From Heteronotia binoei (Eukaryota), in NCBI RefSeq assembly GCF_032191835.1, contig NC_083227.1:76508001-76572000 (forward strand): a DNA stretch of 64,000 nucleotides, written 5' to 3'. Made by a program: the position numbers and the translations under genes. This document shows, piece by piece, positions 1 through 12,063 of this stretch. The notes under the pieces are model-generated. The model was given only the letters and a program-made list of their open reading frames with translations. It was not told where the DNA came from and ran no database searches. Position 1 is the stretch's first letter; each line of letters opens with the position of its first letter.

Positions 1-82
1 TTCTCTTTCTTTGTTTTAACACCTTTAAACAATTTGGCATAGTACTTAAAAATTCTCTTTTTATTCCCTCGTGAGTAATCAC

Positions 83-1310
83 TTATCTTCCATCTACCAC
101 AATTCTGTTAATAATTCTATTTTCTCTCTTTTTCTTCAATTGCCAAACCAAATACTTTCCCAGTTTATTTGCTCCCTCAAAGGATTTCTGCTGAAGTCTT
201 TTCAAACTCCATTCCACTTCTTTATTTAACAAATGTCTCAACTGAGTTTGTAATATTGGAATTTCCCTTAAAATTTTCTTTTTCCCTGGCCTTTTTCTCA
301 ACTCCCTTTCCTTTTTCTTTATTTCATTTTGAATGTCCAACAACTGCTTTTTGTTTACTCTCTTATCTTTATTATTCAAAATAATCAACATTCCTCTCAT
401 TACTGCTTTATAGGCATCCCAGACCATCTGAAAGTCAATATCCTCTTTGTCATTCACTTGGGAAAAGGCTTTAGTTTCATTTTCTAAATATGTCACTGTT
501 TCTTTATTCTGTAGCAAATCTTCATTCAATCTCCATCTTCTCACCTTCTTGGACAGTTTTGTAATCCACATTATTGGGTTATGATCAGCACCAATTTTAG
601 GTAAAATCTCTATTTTCCTTGTTATAAGACCTAAATCTTTAGTTCCCCACAACATGTCAATTCTTTGTGTCTTGCAGAAAAGAAAGTATACTCCCGAACT
701 TCAGGGTTAAATTTCCTCCATATATCTTCCAAATTTTCTTGTTTAACCAGTTCAAAAAAAGACTTTGGCAATTTTCCTTCTTTACTATTGTTTTTTTTCC
801 CCTCCCGACCTGTCCAATGAGTTCTTAACTGTTCCATTAAAATCTCCCATTATCAAAACTTGGTCATAGGTCAATTTATCAAGCTGTTGTATAATGTCTT
901 TAAAAAAAACATTCTTTGCACCATTAGGCGCATAAAGTCCCAATAACAACTTTTTCCCCCATCTAATATTGTCTCTACTGCTACATATCTTCCATCTTTA
1001 TCTTTAAATACTAATTTTGGCTCCAATTCTTGTTTAATATAAAAAACAACTCCCCTTTTCTTTTGTTCAGCCAATAAAAAAATTCCACTCCCAATTGTTT
1101 ATTCCATAAAAATTTATAATCCTTTTGTTTGATATGCACTTTTTGCAAACAAGTTATATTACAGTTTTGTTTCTTAATCCAATGAAATGTTGCCCTTCTT
1201 TTTTTGTGGTGAATTTAGTCCATTTACATTCCAGGACAATAATCCATCATGGTGCAAATTCTTTATTTTCTTCAAAAAATCTACACATATCCTGTGCATT
1301 TGTAATATGA
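83..1310 (-). pseudogene. L1 ORF2 endonuclease region, frameshifted
   Basis: APE motifs are distributed over ORFs 871-1074, 631-837 and 83-655 in different frames. Confidence 0.8.
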
Positions 1311-1320
1311 TTCTTTTCCC

Positions 1321-1998
1321 CTAGAGTTCAAAGCTCAAGCCTTCAGGTATTATCCATCTAAATCTCATTCCATTGTCTCTCAATTTTTCTGTCAACTTTT
1401 TATATGTTCTATCACTTATCACTTGCCTTGGCAGCTCCTTCATGATTCTCATTCTACTGCCTCCCACTATCAATGTATTTTCAAAGTTTTTACTCATGAT
1501 CCTTCCCACCATTTCCTTTGTCATATATCTTATGACAACATCTCTTAGTAAGTTGTTTTTCTTGGCATAAAGTGAGTTCACTCTATACATATAGTCATAC
1601 ATGTTTTTAGTCTCTTTAGGGTCTTCCTCTAAAAATTCTGCAAATATTTTTATTATATATTCTTTTAAATCACCATCCTCCTTCTCAGGCACTCCTCTCA
1701 GATGTATCTGAGTCTCCATCAATTTGCAGTCATGGATTGTCACTTTTTCTTGCATTTTCAACAAGGTGGAATCATATACTTTCATTCTGCCTTCTACCTC
1801 CTGCACTTTCTTAGATGTTTTCTCAGTTTCCTTTCTGAGATCTTCCATATCTTTTTTAAACTCTGCAATAATTTTTTCCCCCGATTCATTTATCATCTCT
1901 CTCACCCCTTTCATCATTCTGGCCTCCATTGCCTCCAATTGGTCCTGCATTTTTTCCAATGAAGTAGCCCTTGTATGGGGCTGTTTGTGTTCAGACAT
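1321..1998 (-). CDS. L1 ORF1p-like RNA-binding protein (coiled coil plus RRM/CTD), possibly truncated
   Basis: 225-aa ORF with a heptad-rich N-terminal half and L1 ORF1-type segments (IHLRGVPE, YRVNS, RDVVIRY, RIMKELP, RWIIPEGL). Confidence 0.7.
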   Translation of the reverse strand: MSEHKQPHTRATSLEKMQDQLEAMEARMMKGVREMINESGEKIIAEFKKDMEDLRKETEKTSKKVQEVEGRMKVYDSTLLKMQEKVTIHDCKLMETQIHLRGVPEKEDGDLKEYIIKIFAEFLEEDPKETKNMYDYMYRVNSLYAKKNNLLRDVVIRYMTKEMVGRIMSKNFENTLIVGGSRMRIMKELPRQVISDRTYKKLTEKLRDNGMRFRWIIPEGLSFEL

Positions 1999-3351
1999 TT
2001 AAAAAACAATGAAAATTTGGACCTCACCAATTTCCAATTCGACTATCAGATTCAAAAGAGTAGGACTTGCCCTTTATAACAAGCCCAATTTCGCCATCCT
2101 TGGAACTCCCGAAGTCAAGATATTTATTTTTAAAGTTTTTAAATCTTCCAAAATGGCAGTCACAACTTTTAGTGCTCCTTAGAATTTTTTTCCCCTTTTA
2201 AAAACATTCGAGGTTCACACCAATAATATGACAATAGTATTTAACTTCTTACCCTCTTCTCAGTTAACTCCAATAATTTTTAATGTCCCGAATTCTTTAA
2301 AAACATTGTTTTTATTTTGACCTCCCAGTAATGGCCACTGATGTAAATTCCTAGAGTAGGTTTTCCTCCCGCTACTTCCTGCTTTTGTTGCCACAAAGTC
2401 TCATTCACACTGGTAAGGAGATCTCACGATACTTGATGTACTTCCTGTCTTGCTTGAATGTGCTGCAGGTCTGTGATGATGGTGCTCTTTTTTCTAAACC
2501 ACAAGTAGACTAAACAATAAATTCCTTTCCACTGTTTAGCACTTTTTAACACTGTCTTTTATATTTATAAAGTCCAAATTTCACCTCTTCCTCCCCTCTT
2601 CTTCCAGACTTTCTAGATTTTCCTTTCCCACCTTTTAAATTTATTCCATTAAGCTGTAAATAGTTCCGGAATGAAAGATAGTAATTTGTACCTTCTCTTC
2701 CAATTATCCAAGTTCCCACCGGTCTTGCAAAGCTTTAGATGTTTAGCAATGTCCAAGAAGGTTAGGATCCTATTGAGCTTATGTCAAATAAATGACTCTG
2801 AAAACTTCTGCAGATGATGAAAATGCAACTCTTCCCGGAGACCCCCCAAAGGAGCCCCCCCGCAGGACTCCCTTTTAGCCAACGTAAATCTCCCCAAAGT
2901 TTCCTGTGCATATCTTGGACTAATCTCTGACTGAGAAAAGTAGGCAGTAGGCATTAAATTGCCTTCCACTACCCGAACAGAAGTTCCAGCCCGCTCCCAT
3001 TATGAGAAGCAGCTCAGCTCGACATTTTCCTCCCCCGGAAGTCCAGTTGCTGACTTCTTCCTTAGAGCTGTTGCAGGTGCAGGTACGTTGGCTCTGCCAT
3101 GGTTAGCATCTATTTACTCTAGATTTCAAAGTTGTTTTTGTTTTAGTCAAAGCCCACTTGGATAAGCCATCAACCAGACTGACTGCTGTATGCAGTATCA
3201 GGTTCTAATAGATACAGAGCAGTGGGTAGAGGTAGACCATTAGAACAATCTGCATGCACAGACTCTTGAAGAGTATTGACCTGCGGTCTGGAGATTTGAC
3301 ACCCCTGTGCTACAGCTTCAAGCCCAGGTAAGAGAGAATAGAAGAGAGTTC

Positions 3352-3728
3352 TGTCAAGCATCAGATCTCAAAATAACCAAACGTTGATTTTGAAACAAAG
3401 TCTTGGTTTATTGATAATCCATTGTGCTCGGGTAGGCACCAGATTGGAAGTGATACAATGTAACTCAAGAATACTAATTTTAAGGGGGCACATCAAAGGT
3501 ATTTTAGGAATCCTAACACAGGCGTGTGAAACTAACACTCTAGCTACTTTATCTGTTCTTGCGGTCTAGCAACATCCTGGGTCCAGGTTTAACCCTGGGA
3601 AAGTATCCCAGGAGACCTTATTTTCAAAGCAGGCATTCCTGCATTTGCTACTAGTGAGAACTAAAGAATAGGTTATATGGCTTTGATGTGCAGTATATTA
3701 GAACAACAGTTGAAAATACAGTTATACA
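3352..3728 (-). mobile_element. Probable solo LTR related to the Gypsy LTRs at 6335 and 11650
   Basis: On the minus strand it ends ...caataaaccaagactttgtttcaaaatc...tgcttgaca, resembling the Gypsy LTR end (caataaagag...tgcttgaca). Candidate 5-bp TSD agttc/ggttc. Confidence 0.5.
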
Positions 3729-5404
3729 GGTTCCATATAAGTTGAAACACGGAAGGCAAGCAATGGGCCAAAGAGGCTCAACATCTAATTGATGAGAGAG
3801 GCGTGGTGCCAACTGCTGAGTGTACCCAAGTGAGAGAATTCTCTTAATCCTTTCCCTCCCAGATCCTCTTGCATGCAGGGTTACAGTATCCAACATGTTT
3901 ATCCCTTTCCCCAGGATTTAATCAATTATTTGCTCTATGAAATGAGGCTGTCACTTTGATTTCTCTACTTTTTAATAGACGTATTACTGGTTTCTTTTAT
4001 TATTTGAGGCAGTTTAGTGTAGTGCCTTTTAAAATGATTGTTCATCAAAGAAAGGCTCCACTCTGTTTTCTCTTTAGGTTTTTCATCCCTCCTTTCCCTT
4101 TTGATTTTTTTAAAATGATGATTTCCAAGTAGTCAATGGCTGCTGTCATGCTGTATTGAGAGTGAAGATGGGGCTGTCAATAGCAGCATGTGCTGTAAGA
4201 TTTCGTGAAGAGGGAAGCCTTGGGTTTGACTGAATGGAACTCAGGTGCAGAAATTGATCAAGTACTGTTTGATTGAACACTGCGAGTGAAAAGTTCTTTT
4301 TGTCCTGGGTGACGTACAATGTCTTTGTCTATCAAGCAGGATTCAAAAGCAGAAATATGGAACCTAAACAGCATTTATTTCAACCCCTAGAATTCTAGCA
4401 GCTGAGACTCAGGAGCACTGTATGTGTTGCCAAAAATGTCTGATTCACTACTGAGAACTCTGTAGATAGTTTAAGGAGACACATTTCGTCCCCATAGAGT
4501 GCCAGCTTCACCTTGCTATATTTAGAAGATTTGTTAACGCCACTTCTGTAAACTCTGTAAATGTGGCTCAGTAGCAAACATACTTGTTGCCAGTGCCAAC
4601 TCAAGGGCACGTGGCGCCCCAGGCAGGCTCCCCCCCAACAGCCCCCCTCTGCAGCGCTGCAATGCAGCACCGCACTCCATCGTCCTTTGTTGCCCCCCCA
4701 TCAGAGTGCACCTTGGCACCACGCTTGCCCCTCCCTTCCCCTTCTCTTCTGCTCCATCTTCCCCTGGCGCGATCACAGTGTGCTGCACCTCGGCCCCACT
4801 GACTGCGATGCAGTGTGCATCTTATCCCTCTTTAAACAACACGCTGGAGGATGCTTCTCCCCCCTCCTTTCCAGAACTGGAAGGGAGGGGGAGCAAGGCT
4901 ACTTTGCCTTAGAAATATTTGCCTTAAGTGCTTGGAATTGAATAGAGTGCCTTGTCTAAAATAATTACTTGAAAACTTAGACTTAATCACGCAATTAATT
5001 ATTGGACCCACAAAATATACAGGGTGGACATAAAAACCACAATGATGGCAGAGTTTGGTACACGCCATTACTATCTGGGGTTCACTGAGGAAGAAGTCAT
5101 CAGAATGAGGGATTATCTAGAATCCTCATGTGTACTAGGACTGCATATTGGACTTCTCATGGACTTGATGGCTTCCATTTGAGAACTAATGAGTGTGAAC
5201 TTATAATGGACTTTGTGAATTAATTTCTTTGTTTGCTTTGCCTGTTGCTTTAATGCTCCATATTAAGAGGCAATAATATTGTGTAAAAATATAACAAGAT
5301 TCTGTCATCATTGACATTAATGAAAATTGTTTTTTATTTGTGTGCTATTACAGCTAACAGTGCGTTGGTTCAATTTGGTCTTCCATGCTGTAATCCTTAA
5401 ATTT

Positions 5405-5552
5405 TTTTTTTGCCTGGAGATTGGCAACAGTGATTCCCCAGGAAGAAATGGTATTGTACCTGTCTGAGGTCCCACCTCTTCTAAAACCCCAATCTCCCCA
5501 GGCTGCACCCCTTAAATCTCCAGGAATTTCCTAACCTGGAGTTGGTAACCCT
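5405..5552. mobile_element. Short copy of the abundant tagggttgcc...ggcaacccta hAT-like MITE family
   Basis: Shares the ...aaatctccaggaatttcc.aacctggagttgg.aaccct terminus with copies at 13528, 20400, 27295, 40144, 42227 and 44700. Confidence 0.5.
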
Positions 5553-5679
5553 ATCTCCTTCCCGTTATTTGCCCCTCTGACTTCAGCTGATCATCTCCTT
5601 CCCTGCAGCCTCTACATAGAGAAATGACAGCCTCTCTCCACAGTAAGGGAGGGGAGGGGAACCAAAGCAGCTTACTTCA

Positions 5680-5959
5680 GAGAGCCAATTTGGTGTAGTG
5701 GTTACATGTGCGGACTCTTATCTGGGAGAACTGGATTTGATTTCCCACTCCTCCACTTGCACCTGCTGAAATGGCCTTGGGTTAGCCATAGCTATTGCAA
5801 GAGTTGTCCTTGAAAGGGCAGCTACTGTGAGACCCATCTCAGCCCCACCCACCTCACAGGGTATTTGTTGTGGGGGTAGAAGATATAGGAGATTGTAAGC
5901 CGCTCTGAGTCTCTGATTCAGAGAGAAGGGCAGGGTATAAATCTGCAGTCTTCTTCTTC
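5680..5959 (+). mobile_element. tRNA-derived SINE (Squam3-like)
   Basis: gagagcca.tttggtgtagtggtt head with A/B-box-like motifs and a (TTC)n tail; near-identical copies at 47223 and 62571. Confidence 0.8.
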
Positions 5960-6334
5960 ATTCTCCTCTCACAACCCGGTGTGGTGGGTTAGGCTGGAAG
6001 TCTGGGACTGCTCTGAAATCACCCAGTCAGCTTCCACAGGACCCCACTCTGGGGCTCTGACTCCTCTGCCCTCCTTAAGCTCCACCCCAGAACCTCGAAC
6101 TGGCAGCCATAGTCAGGACTGGCCCCAAGGAATTCTGCCTCCAAGGCCTGTATGGAGACCTTTCAGACCAATAGTCTGGTCTTAAGCACAGAACTTCAGT
6201 CTCTCTCTGTCTCTCTCTCTCTAGATCTGGTCTTTTGGCACAGGACGCCGTCCCCCCCCCCACCTTTTAAGAGGAGGAGACGGAGGAGTCCTCAGCCACT
6301 CAAGCCTCTTTCTACTTGCACCCACAAACCTCCC

Positions 6335-6761
6335 TTATTAGCACTCTGATTTCATAAAGGGGAAAATGGTTGAAATCTGGTCAAGTAATGCCTCTGGGTA
6401 TAATTTGGTTACAACCCCCTTCTTCTCACATTCCTGTAGCATCTGGCAAAAGATGTTTACTTAAAGGAATTGTTTTGCTTTGTTTTAGTACCAACACTCC
6501 CCCTAAAAATCCCAGGCCTCTCTAGGTCTTATCTTGGTCACAGGCTGGCGTTAGAAGGCTATGGCTAGGTAGAGGAAAATTACTGCTTTGCCCTTTGAAC
6601 TCAGAATTCCAAATGTGTCTGTTTGTATCTATATAGCTGGCTGTAACCGTGTCTTTTTTAATCTTCTCAAAGACAATGTCATCTGCAACATGGAGTTTCA
6701 ATAAAGAGCTAACTTTGATTAAAAACAAAGGAGTCTATTCTTGAACTACCTGTGCTTGACA
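6335..6761 (+). repeat. Gypsy 5' LTR
   Basis: Direct repeat of 11650-12063; TATATA at 6630-6635, AATAAA near 6700, ends tgcttgaca. The leftmost 45 bp or so differ from the 3' LTR. Confidence 0.9.
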
Positions 6762-6967
6762 TTTTGAGAAGACTCCCTTTTGTGAGATTGCAACCAAATT
6801 TGGAAACTCTGTACGCCATAGCTGATGGAGGTCCAGACAATGGAGAAGCTCTCACAGACCCTGGCACTCCGGCAGGCGGAGATCCAGATCCAGGAGCAAG
6901 ACCCAGGCCTTCTCCGTAGCACATCCTAGACACTCAGACACAAGTCGAGAGAGGCTCCCCGCTACAC

Positions 6968-8284
6968 GTGCAGCGGCTTTGTATCACTCTGAAAGATTGT
7001 GGTCTGCGCCGATCTACCACGCTGATGGATGAGAGGCCGGAGCACAGGGAAGCGATCCTGGAACTACCCCCCTTAAGAGCACGGTCAGAGGAGGGGAACC
7101 CAGGAACCTTGGAGGTGAGCAGAGATGATGGCCAAAAGGATCAAGGCATGGACCCGATCCCAGAGGAGGAAGGAGAAGATCAAGACCCTGACCCAAGGGA
7201 CTTCTTCCAACTCATAAGGTTCCAGATGATGGAAATTGCCCAGGATCTGAGAGACGAGATGCAGGCGAACAAGGACTTCATGATCCGGGAGATGAGGACC
7301 AGGATCAACCAGGCACTACACCCCCTGGCCCCTCCCACAGGGCAACCAGTACCGCAACAACTGCCACCCCACCTCAGCTGCCTCAACTGCCGCCGCCGCT
7401 GCAACAACCTCCAGCTAGACTGGTGGATTTTGGGAGAGGTCAGGAGTTGGCGGTCACCTTCGATGGTGACCCGGAAGAAGTGGAATACTTCACCATACAA
7501 GCTAACAGCCTTATGCACTATTGAGGTCACACTTTCCCAGATGAGTTTAGCAGAGTGGACTATCTGGGATTGAAACTGGAAGGGGCACCTCTACGAGACC
7601 TGCAGCCCTGAGCTCAATATGGCGGCGGCGTTCCTGAGGGCCATACTGATACAATATGAAGATCCACTCCAAGAGACCCGAGCGTTGACTGCCTTAAAAG
7701 ACATGGAACAAGGGTCCAGATCGGTGAGAAAGTACGCCGCCGATTTTCGTGCCAACGCCGCAAAAGTGAGAGGGTGGCACGAGCAGATGAAGATCAAGCT
7801 GTTCCAGGGGGGCCTAAATGCGAGCATACTGGATTGAGCCCTCCAATAGGCCCAACCGACCACCCTAGTGGGGTGGATACAACTGGCCAGTGAAGTAGAA
7901 ACCATAATGAAGAGAGTGGCTCTCCAGTGACAGCAGCAGAATGGGGGAAAGGGGGGATGTGAGTCTCGGTCTGGGGCTAAAACAGAAGCAAGGAAACCCA
8001 CCGCGGGGGCAGGGGGATCCCAAACCCCTGGGCCCAGGAAATGCTTTTGGTGCAGGGATCCAAATCATCTGGCTGTAAATTGCACGGAAAGACATTGAGC
8101 CCCCCCCCTCCACTCTGAAGCCCAGTGCTCCCAAAGCAAAGAAGCCAGAGGGACACTCGCAGGAGCCAGCCAAAGGGACATTGCCCTCCCAAGCCCTGGC
8201 GAAGAGGGAATAATCATCATCACCGAGTTGGGAGAGGAAAGCTGGGAGGAAGAGCTGGCGGAAAATGGGAGCGACCTGCACTGA
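6968..8284 (+). pseudogene. Gypsy gag (retrotransposon gag domain plus zinc knuckle), disrupted
   Basis: ORF fragments 6968-7573 and 7619-7837 (QGSRSVRKYAADFR, LFQGGLN); gag frame ends AENGSDLH* at 8284. Confidence 0.85.
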
Positions 8285-11200
8285 GCGGCGCCGAGCCGCA
8301 GGAGTTAACAGTGCCATTATGGGTGAGACTAACAGGGACTTCATTCTTTATACCATTGACTTTAATGAACCCTGGGTGGAAAAGATTCATACACGCCTGA
8401 GCATTACTGGATTCCGGGTGCACGAGAGGCATCATCACCCCAAAACCTGTGGAGACTTTAAGTCTTCAAAGCAGCCCGTTGCGGCACCCTGTCCAATTTG
8501 AGCAGATGGATGGGACTATCATGAAAGGGGAACCGTGCACCCACCAAACCCAAGGGATGCTGGTGGGAATAGTAGACCACTGGGATACTGAGATTTTTGT
8601 AATCGTCCCCTCCTCCTCCTTCGACATAGTATTAGCTGTGGGTTGGTTAGCCAAGCATGAACTTGACATCCGGTGGGGGGATCAAATCATTGATTTTAAA
8701 GATCCCGTGTGTGACGACCACATATGACAAAAGGCTTGGGGGCCTGATCCCCCACCGATTAATGAAAACTATAGAGGAGGTGAGGTCAATTCCCAAGGAG
8801 TACTAGGACTTAAAAGCAGTGTTCAATGAGGAGGAGGCAAATGAACTCCCCCCACAGAGACACGGATTGTGCAATAGAGCTAATCTCGGGCCAGGAGCTA
8901 CCTAAGTCAAAAATTTATTCTATGAGCTGGGTGGAGAAAGCTGAGCTTAGGAAATTTTTGGACAAGAACTTAGAACGGGGATTTATCCACCCGGCCACGT
9001 CCCCCTCACGCTGCCCCTATGTTATTTCATAAGAAAAAAGACGGGGGGCTCTGGCTCTGCACGGATTTCCACGAAATTAGCGCCATCTCTTCCTCGAACG
9101 CTGTGGCAAGGGGAAAATATTCACTAAGCTGGATTTGAGACACGCCTATTTTAGGGTCCTCATAAATGGCATTCAATACTCCTATGGGTCACTTTGAATA
9201 CTTGGTGATGCCTTTTGGATTACAAGGGGCCCCAGGGGTGTTTATGAACTTCACCAATGAAGTGCTGAGGAAATTTCTGTACCAAGGGGTGATAGTGTAC
9301 CTGGACGACATAATTTATTTCGAGGATCTCCCCTCTCACGTCAAACTAGTGAGGGAGGTTTTGGAAACGCTGTATGAGCACAAACTGTTTGCCAAATTGT
9401 CTAAGTGTGAGTTCCACAAAATGGAACTCAATTATCTGGGATCCAGAGTCTCGGGGAAAGGTTTAGGGATGGACCCAGCAAAAATACAGGCAGTACTGGA
9501 TTGGGAGCCCCCCCGTCCCCCTCAAATGCGTAGACAACTCCAGTTCTTCATCAGATTTGCAAACTTTTATAGGGGATTCATTCAGGGGTTCACCTCTATC
9601 ATGCTACTGCTAACTGACCTGAAAACGAAGGGGAGGGGCCCAGAGGCATAATGTTCCAGAGCAAAGCTCTCATGGATGAGTAAATGCCAAGACGCATTCA
9701 ACGGCTTGCAAAGACTATTCACTACTGAACCGATATTAATTCACCCTGATGAGCAAAAGGGTTTTGTAGTGCAATGCGTTGGCAGTGATGTCACTGTGGG
9801 GGGAATTTTCATGCAATTAGATGATGAAGGGGCTCTGAGACCCTGCACATATATATCTAGAAAGTTCTCCCTGGACCAGCGGAACTGGTCAGTATGGAAC
9901 AAAGAAGCATTTGTGGTGAAATTTGCCTTAGAGACGTGGAGATCATGGCTAAAGGGAGCAAGGGTTCCCTTCAAGATTTGGACAGATCATAAAAATCTAG
10001 AAGCCCTAACAGGTCGAAGGAAATTAACCGAAAAACAGATCCGGTGGGTGGGCTTCTTTTCCAAATTTGACTTCACGTTAAAACACATTCTGGGGATGAA
10101 AAACTTTCTGGCAGATGCACTAGCCCGCCTGCCTCAGCATAACAGTCAGAAGGAAGCCGTCATGAACTCTCTAATTTCCCCCTCTCACTTAGGATTGCAA
10201 AAGCTCTGGCAAGAGACTGAGAATCAATGGGGAATCAAACTTAAATTGGAAGTAGACAGAGAAGGGGAAAATAAGCCCCAGGGAGTCAAACAAGGGGAAG
10301 GGGGTCTATGGTATAAAGACAGCGAACTGTATGTCCCAGAGAGCACGTGCCAAGAAGTATTACAGGCTTGCCACAACAGCAAAACAGCAGGGCACTTTGG
10401 CTACATAAAGACTTTGCACCTATTTAATAGACAGTTCTGGTGGCCCTTGATGAAACGGGACATTTCGGAGTACGTGGCCTCGTGCCCGGTCTGCCTAATG
10501 GCCAAAAGGATGGGAGGAACCACCAGGACTGCTCCAACCTTTAGAATCTCCCGCAAGGCCATGGTCGATGGTGTCACTAGACTTTATAGTGGAATTACCC
10601 CCCTCACAGGGGAAAACCGTAATTCTGGTAGTAATGGACACTTTCTCAAAACAAGCACATTTCATCCCTTGTTCCAAACTCCTCATCGCTAGAAAGCTAG
10701 CTCACTTATTCTTTCAACACGTGGTCCAATTACACTCGTTCCCAGAGAAGGTAATTAGCGACAGGAGGGTTCAGTTCATTGCCAACTTCTGGCGGGAGTT
10801 TTGCAAACTAGCAAGCATTGAACAGGGATTGAGTTCCGCCTACCACCCCCAGACTGACAGACATACAGAATGTACCAATGCAGTGCTAGAACAGTATTTG
10901 AGATGCTTCATTAACCACCAGCAATCAAATTGTGTGGGATTACTCCCCTTCGCGGAATATGGATACAATAATAGTTTACACAGCTCCACCAAAACCACTC
11001 CTTTCTTGGTGGTAAATGGCTATGAGGGGAAACCCTTCCCTACCCTGCTGGGAGGGAAAGTAAGCAGCCCCTCTTCATTTGAACAATGGTGGGGTGATTT
11101 GGGGAAAGCTTGGAGGAGCATACAGGAAAACCTGAACGCAGCTAAAGAGACTTACAAAAAACATGACAAATCCCACTCCCCTGCCTGGAACTTCAAAGTG

Positions 11201-11600
11201 GGAGATACTGTGTTTTTGTCAACAAAAAACTTACCAGTCACCCAAACTTCAAAGGAACTGGCATATAAATTCATTGGTCGCTTCCGGATTAAATGGATTA
11301 TAAACAAAGTAACTGTAGAGTTGGAGTTGCCTAAAATGTTTAGTAAAGTTCATCCTATTTTCCATTGCAGTTTACTCAAGAAAGACCCTGTGTCGACGCG
11401 TTGGCACCCTCGACAACCAGCCCCGGACCCGATCCCAGTAGGAAACCAGAACCATCATGAGGTGGAGGAGATTCTCAATGCTAAAATGAAACGGGGTGTA
11501 TGTGTTGCATTTTCTAATCCGCTGGAAACATTTCCTGAAATCCCATGATGAATGGGTTTCAATGTAGAGGCCCCAGCCCTGATCAAGTAATTCTACGCTA
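8260..11600 (+). pseudogene. Gypsy pol (PR-RT-RH-IN-chromodomain), disrupted by stops and frameshifts
   Basis: DSG at 8410-8418; FEYLVMPFGL and YLDDI in 9166-9651; WTDHKNL and NFLADALAR in 9676-10692; SDRRVQF and SSAYHPQTD in 10568-11548; HEVEEIL...LIRWKHF...HDEW at 11455-11560. Confidence 0.92.
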
Positions 11601-11649
11601 AGTTTCCTAAAAAAACCTCGGGGGAGGGCCTAAGTGTGGGGGGGCAGTA

Positions 11650-12063
11650 TGTCAAGCACTCTAATTTCATAAATGGTTGGTCAAGTAATGGCTCTGGGTA
11701 TCATTTGGTTACAACCCCCCTCTTCTCACGTTCCTGTAGCATCTGGCAAAGAATGTTTACTTAAAGGAATTGTCTTGCTTTGTTGTAGTACCAACACTCC
11801 CCCTAAAAATCCCAGGCCTCTCTAGGTCTTATCTTGGTCACAGGCTGGCGTTAGAAGGCTATGGCTAGGTAGAGGAAAGTTACTGCTTTGCCCTTTGAAC
11901 TCAGAATTCCAAATGTGTCTGTTTGTATCTATATAGCTGGCTGTAACCATATCTTTTTTAGTCTCCTCAAAGACAATGTCTTATCTGCAACATGGAGTTT
12001 CAATAAAGAGCTAACTTTGATTAAAAACAAAGGAGTCTATTCCTGAACTACCTATGCTTGACA
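11650..12063 (+). repeat. Gypsy 3' LTR
   Basis: Begins tgtcaagca and ends tgcttgaca (9-bp terminal inverted repeat); preceded by a G-rich PPT at about 11620-11648. Confidence 0.92.

Larger units (their letters stand above)
1..3045 (-). mobile_element. L1-clade LINE, 5' portion (about 1 kb 5' UTR, ORF1, start of ORF2); continues past the left window edge
   Basis: Minus-strand ORF1-like protein at 1321-1998 followed by APE endonuclease motifs (IMGDFN near 841-853, DIWRKFNPEVREYTFFS, ADHNPI) split over several frames. The 5' boundary is approximate. Confidence 0.85.
6335..12063 (+). mobile_element. Full-length decayed chromoviral Ty3/Gypsy LTR retrotransposon (Tf1/Sushi group)
   Basis: Two similar LTRs of about 420 bp; gag with CCHC knuckle (CFWCRDPNHLAVNC near 8040-8085); protease ALLDSGC (8401-8421); RT YLDDI; RNase H; integrase; chromodomain; polypurine tract before 11650. 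Confidence 0.95.

Noticed and set aside
5680-5760. tRNA-like heads here and at 23986, 31082, 40732, 47223, 54735 and 62571
   Set aside because: They are SINE heads followed by SINE bodies, not complete tRNA cloverleafs.
7014-8669. Several minus-strand ORFs over the Gypsy gag/protease region
   Set aside because: Antisense shadows of GC-rich retroelement coding sequence with no independent motifs.
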